DNA of 64,000 nucleotides from Leucoraja erinacea. Taxonomy: Eukaryota. Where the stretch lies: contig NC_073390.1 in the NCBI RefSeq assembly GCF_028641065.1, forward strand, positions 16,182,001 through 16,246,000. The letters run 5' to 3'. Positions 59,713 to 64,000 of the stretch are shown one piece after another; the stretch's first letter is position 1; each line of letters starts with the position of its first letter. The notes under the pieces are model-generated. The model did no database searches. It saw nothing but the letters and a program-made list of their open reading frames with translations, and was not told the DNA's origin. The position numbers and the translations under genes are program-made.

Positions 59713-62700
59713 GTAGACAATAGGTGCAGGAGTAGGCCATTCGGCCCTTCGAGCCAGCACCGCCATTCAATGCGATCATGGTTGATCATCCACAATCAGT
59801 ACCCCGTTCCTGCCTACTCTCCATATCCCTTAACTCTGCTATCCCTAAGAGCTGTATCTAACTTTCTCTTGAAAGCATCCAGAGAACCAGCCTCCACCAC
59901 CCTCTGAGGCCCACAATTCCACACACTCACAACTCTCTGTGTGAAAAGGTTTTCACTCATCCCCGTTCTAAATGGCTTACTACTTATTCTTAAACTATGG
60001 CCCCTGGTTCTGGACTCCCCTAACATTGGGAACATGTTTCCTGCCTCTAGCGTGTCCAAACCCTTAATAATCTTAGATGTTTCAATAAGATTCACTCTCA
60101 TCCTTCTATTCCAGAGTATACTAGCCCAGCCGCTCCAATCTATCAACATATGACAGTCCCCGCCATCCCGGGAATTAACCTTGCGAACCTACGCTGCACT
60201 CCCTCAATAGCAAGAATGTCCTTCATCAAATTTGGAGACTAAAACTGAATACAGTAATCCAGGTGTGGTCTCACTAGAGCCCTATACAACTGCAGAAGGA
60301 CCTCTTTGCTCCTATACTTAATTCCTCTTGTTATGAAGGCCAACATGCCATTCGCTTTCTTCACTGCCTGCTGTACCTGCATGCTTACTTTTAGTGACTA
60401 ATGAACAAGGACCCCCCAGATCCCGTTGTACTTCCCCTTTTCCCAACTTGTCACTATTTAGATAATAATCCTCCTTCCTGCTTTTGCCACCAAAGTGGAT
60501 AACCTCACATTTATCCACATTAAACTGCATCTGCCATGCATCTGCCCACTCACCCAACCTGTACAAGTCACCCTGCATCCTCGTAGTATCCTCCACACGG
60601 TTCACACTGCCACCTAGCTTTGTGTCATCTGCAAATTTGCTAATGCTACTTTTAAATCCTTCATCCAAATCATTAATATATATTGTAAATAGCTGGGGTC
60701 CCAGCACCGAGCCTAACGGTACCCCACTAGTCACTGCCTGCCATTCTGAAATGGACCCGTTAATTCCTACCCTTTGTTTCCTGTCTGCCAACCAATTTTC
60801 TATCCATGTCAGCACCCTACCCCCAATACCATGTGCTCCAATTTTGCCCACTAATCTCCTATGTGGGACCTTATCAAATGCTTTATGAAAGTCCAGGTAC
60901 ACTACATCCACTGGCTCTCCTTTGTCCATTATCCTGGTTACATCCTCAAAAAATTCCAGAAGATTACTCAAGCATGATTTCTCCTCCTTAAATCCATGCA
61001 GTCTCGGACCGATCCTGCTACTCACTTACGATTTTCCCTTCTCCCTCTCAGATTGTAGATTAAAACATCATATTATGGTCACTACCTCCTATTGGCTCCT
61101 TTACCTTGAGTTCCCTTATCAAATGCGGTTAATTACACAACACTAAATCCAGAATTGCCTTCTCCCTGTTAGGTTTCAGTACAAGCTGTTCTAGAATCCA
61201 TCTCGGAGCGACTCCCTAAACTCCCTTTCTTGGGGTCCTGCATGTTGAAATCTCCCATAACCACCATAGCACTACATTTGCTACATGCCAATTTTGACTT
61301 GATTCAACTTGCACCCTATATTGTTTGGGGGTCCATAGATAACTCCCATTAGGATATTTTTACCCTTACAATTCCTCAGTTCTATCCAAACTGACACTAC
61401 ATCTCCTGATTCTATGTCAACCTTCGCAAGGGACTGAATTATATTCCTTACCAACAGAGCTACCCCACCCCCTCTGCCCATCTGTCTGGCTTTTCGATAG
61501 GGCGTATACCCCTACCTGAATATTCAGTTCCCAGCCCTGGTCCTCTTGCTGCCATGTCTCTGTAATTCCCACAACATCATACTTGCCAATTTCTAACTGA
61601 GCCTCATGCTCATCCACTTTATTTCTTATACTTCGCTCATCATATACAACACTTTAACTTCGGTATTTACCTCCCCCTCCCACACTTGTCACTATTGCCC
61701 CTGACACTCTCTTATCCCTTCTCGGATTTTCCTTCCCATTAATTCGGGAGTCTTTTGTAACTTTTCCTGTACTCACTTCTCCTTTAACTCCATCTTTATA
61801 CTCCCAATTTGTCCCCCCCTCCCACCTGCTATTTAGTTTAAAACCACATGTGTAGCACTAGCAAACCTGCCTGCCAGAACGTTGATTCCACTCCAGTTAA
61901 GGTGTAACCCGTCCCTTTTGTACATGTCACCCCTACCCCAGAAGAGAGCCAGTGGTTTGTAAATCCAAATTTCTGCTCCCTGCACTAGCCGCGTCACACA
62001 TTCAGATCCCCTATCTCCCTGTTCCTGCCCTCACCAGCGCAAGGTGCAGGAAGCAATCCAGAGATAACCACCCTAGAAGTCCTGCTGTTTAAGAAAGAAC
62101 TGTCGACCCGAAACGTCGCCTATTCCTTGAAGAAGGGTCTCGACCCGAAACATCGCCTATTCCTTCTCCCCATAGATGCTGCCTCACCCGTTCAGTTTCT
62201 CCAGCATTTTTGTCTATCCTAGAAGTCCTGCTTTACAGTCTTCTTCCTAACTCTCTAAACTCGCGTTGCAGAACCGCCTTCCTCCTCTTCCCAACGTCGT
62301 TTGTGCCCACAAGCACAGCTATCTCCGGCTGCTCATCTTATTTCTCGAGGATGTTCTGAAGTTGATCCGAGACATCTTGAACCCTGGCACCAGGGAGGGA
62401 ACAGACCATCCTCATGCCTCGCCTGCTGCCACAGAAACTCCTGTCCGCACCTCAGACAAAGGGGCCACCCACAACTATGGCTCTGCCCGACATTGGTCTC
62501 GCCGGTCGAGTCTCATCTCTAGGATTGAAGCCACTGACCTGTCCGCCGCTCAGACTGGAAGCGTTGTTTGCCCCGACAGCTCCCAAGAGAACTCCTGCAT
62601 TTTTACTCATGGGGTCTCCTGCACTCCACGTTTACTTCCCTTTCTCACAGTCACCCACCTTCACTTTTTCTGTATCGTTGGCGTGACAATCTCATTGTAG

Positions 62701-63170
62701 GTCCTGTCCAGGAAACTCTATTTTTCCCGGATGGCCATGAGGTCATCCAGCTGCTTTTCCAGTTCCCCAACACGTTCATTCAGGAGCTGCAACTGGACAC
62801 TATTTCTGCATGTGTCGTTTCCAGAAGCACCAGTGTCCCTGACCTCTCACATCCTGCAGGAAACGCACTGTACCAACTTGCCTGCCATTTCTTCAGTGGA
62901 CAAAAATCACAAATCACAAATTTCGATCAAGTGTAGCCTCCTTGCCGAAGACTCTCAAGCTGTTATCCCAACCCCGCAGATGCAGATAGATACAACATGC
63001 CTGAATCACCTGCTTCTAGCCAATACTCGCTCTCACTGCTTTTGGCTGCTGCTTCTCTCCGACATTCACGGGAAACATTGGAACCGGGCCTTTGGTGCTC
63101 TTTTTAAATCTTCTTTCCCTCTGACACCTACTTCCAGCCAATACCCGCTCTCGCTGCTTCTGATGAAAGA
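59713..63170 (-). mobile_element. Degenerate near-full-length CR1 (third subfamily) with a large internal ORF2 deletion
   Basis: RT ORF 60318-61025 (SCLSNL, GVPLGS, FADD), APE remnants at 61281-61617 and esterase/ZF ORF1 remnants at about 61840-62890. A Penelope-derived unit is inserted at 62087-62217 with TSD CCTAGAAGTCCTGCT. Confidence 0.9.
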
Positions 63171-64000
63171 GGTTTAGAACTGAAAGGGTTAAGGGTGTAA
63201 TGGGCAGAGGAGCAGCTCATGCAGGAAATATGTGGAAACAAGATAAGATGCCCAATTACCAACTGAAACTGCAGAGAAAAACAAGTTGGTTCTAGGCATG
63301 AGGAGATGTGCTGATGATGAAATAGGCATGTAATGTAACCACCCTACAGGTATATTGGTATGGCTTTTGTATCGAACTTTTGAGTGGGACCGCGAGGAGC
63401 AACGTGCATGTGACCATATCCGTGGTTGCTCTCCCACTCCCACATGCGAAATAAAGAGGAATTGTTTCATTCTTAAAGTGACTAATGTGGGTTGTTGTCT
63501 GATAGTGCGGATAGAACTTTAACACTGGCTGCTGCTTCACTCCGACCTTCACGGAATGCCCGTAGCAAGTACTTTCAGCCTAACTAAAGAGTTGTCTCAC
63601 AGAGTAAAGCTCTTCCCAATACTGCAATTCTGCAGCTTATCTTCAACCACAGAAGCGCATTCACCTCCATATCATTGTGATTTCAGTATTAATTAGAGAA
63701 TGTTAACCTTAAACAGGAACTTACATTGGATCAATGTGTTGAATTGATTGCCCTGCAAGGCAAACCAATTTGTTATCTCTCTAAATAGATGTCAATTGCT
63801 CCCCTTGGTAAAAAAAATACTTCCGCTGGGAGTGTTCAGCCACTAGTTAAAGAAAGGAAATGATGGGTACAAAATTAAAGGACATCTCATAAAGAAGGAC
63901 TGATTCCAACAGATAAATGACTTTGTGTGGGAAGCTGTGCTGAGTGCATCAATTTTCCACATCTGTGGTTTTTAACTTGTCACTGAGGTAGCAAATTCTG

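Noticed and set aside
9826-62217. CRISPR-like array from the recurring GCTGGAGTAACTCAGC repeats
   Set aside because: The copies are dispersed, diverged, in both orientations and have individual TSDs. There is no regular repeat-spacer structure, and the context is eukaryotic.
63180-64000. Apparently unique sequence at the right edge as a possible DIPK2A exon
   Set aside because: No ORF with recognisable similarity and no convincing splice-site pair.

Overview
Repeat-dense vertebrate genomic DNA. The repeat repertoire (CR1 LINEs with esterase ORF1, V-SINEs with (CTAAA)n tails, many Penelope-derived units) suggests a cartilaginous fish, probably a skate or ray; this is an inference. Host genes: (1) coding exons 1 and 2 of SLC9A9/NHE9 on the minus strand (18158-17978 and 10847-10645), with a CpG-island promoter carrying a ZNF143/THAP11-type motif; (2) about 4.5 kb upstream on the same strand, a spliced two-coding-exon gene that I do not recognise and the ORF track does not join (32193-32003 + 24514-24310, 131 aa). 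It has a near-consensus Kozak start, phase-compatible GT-AG junctions, a repeat-poor 3' UTR and a poly(A) signal, and by eye the protein has a ferredoxin-like beta-alpha-beta-beta-alpha-beta pattern reminiscent of Cas2/VapD/GhoS-type proteins. The rest is mostly transposons: three long CR1 elements (one young, with intact ORF1 and a duplicated 5' UTR unit), an L1-clade element interrupted by a Penelope GIY-YIG insertion, a Gypsy 3' end, two non-autonomous Helitrons, Rex1/Babar fragments, SINEs, and roughly 30 short Penelope-derived units, many with hammerhead-ribozyme-like cores and several with 10-15 bp TSDs. There is one 402-nt N gap. Coordinates were read by eye and repeat boundaries are approximate.
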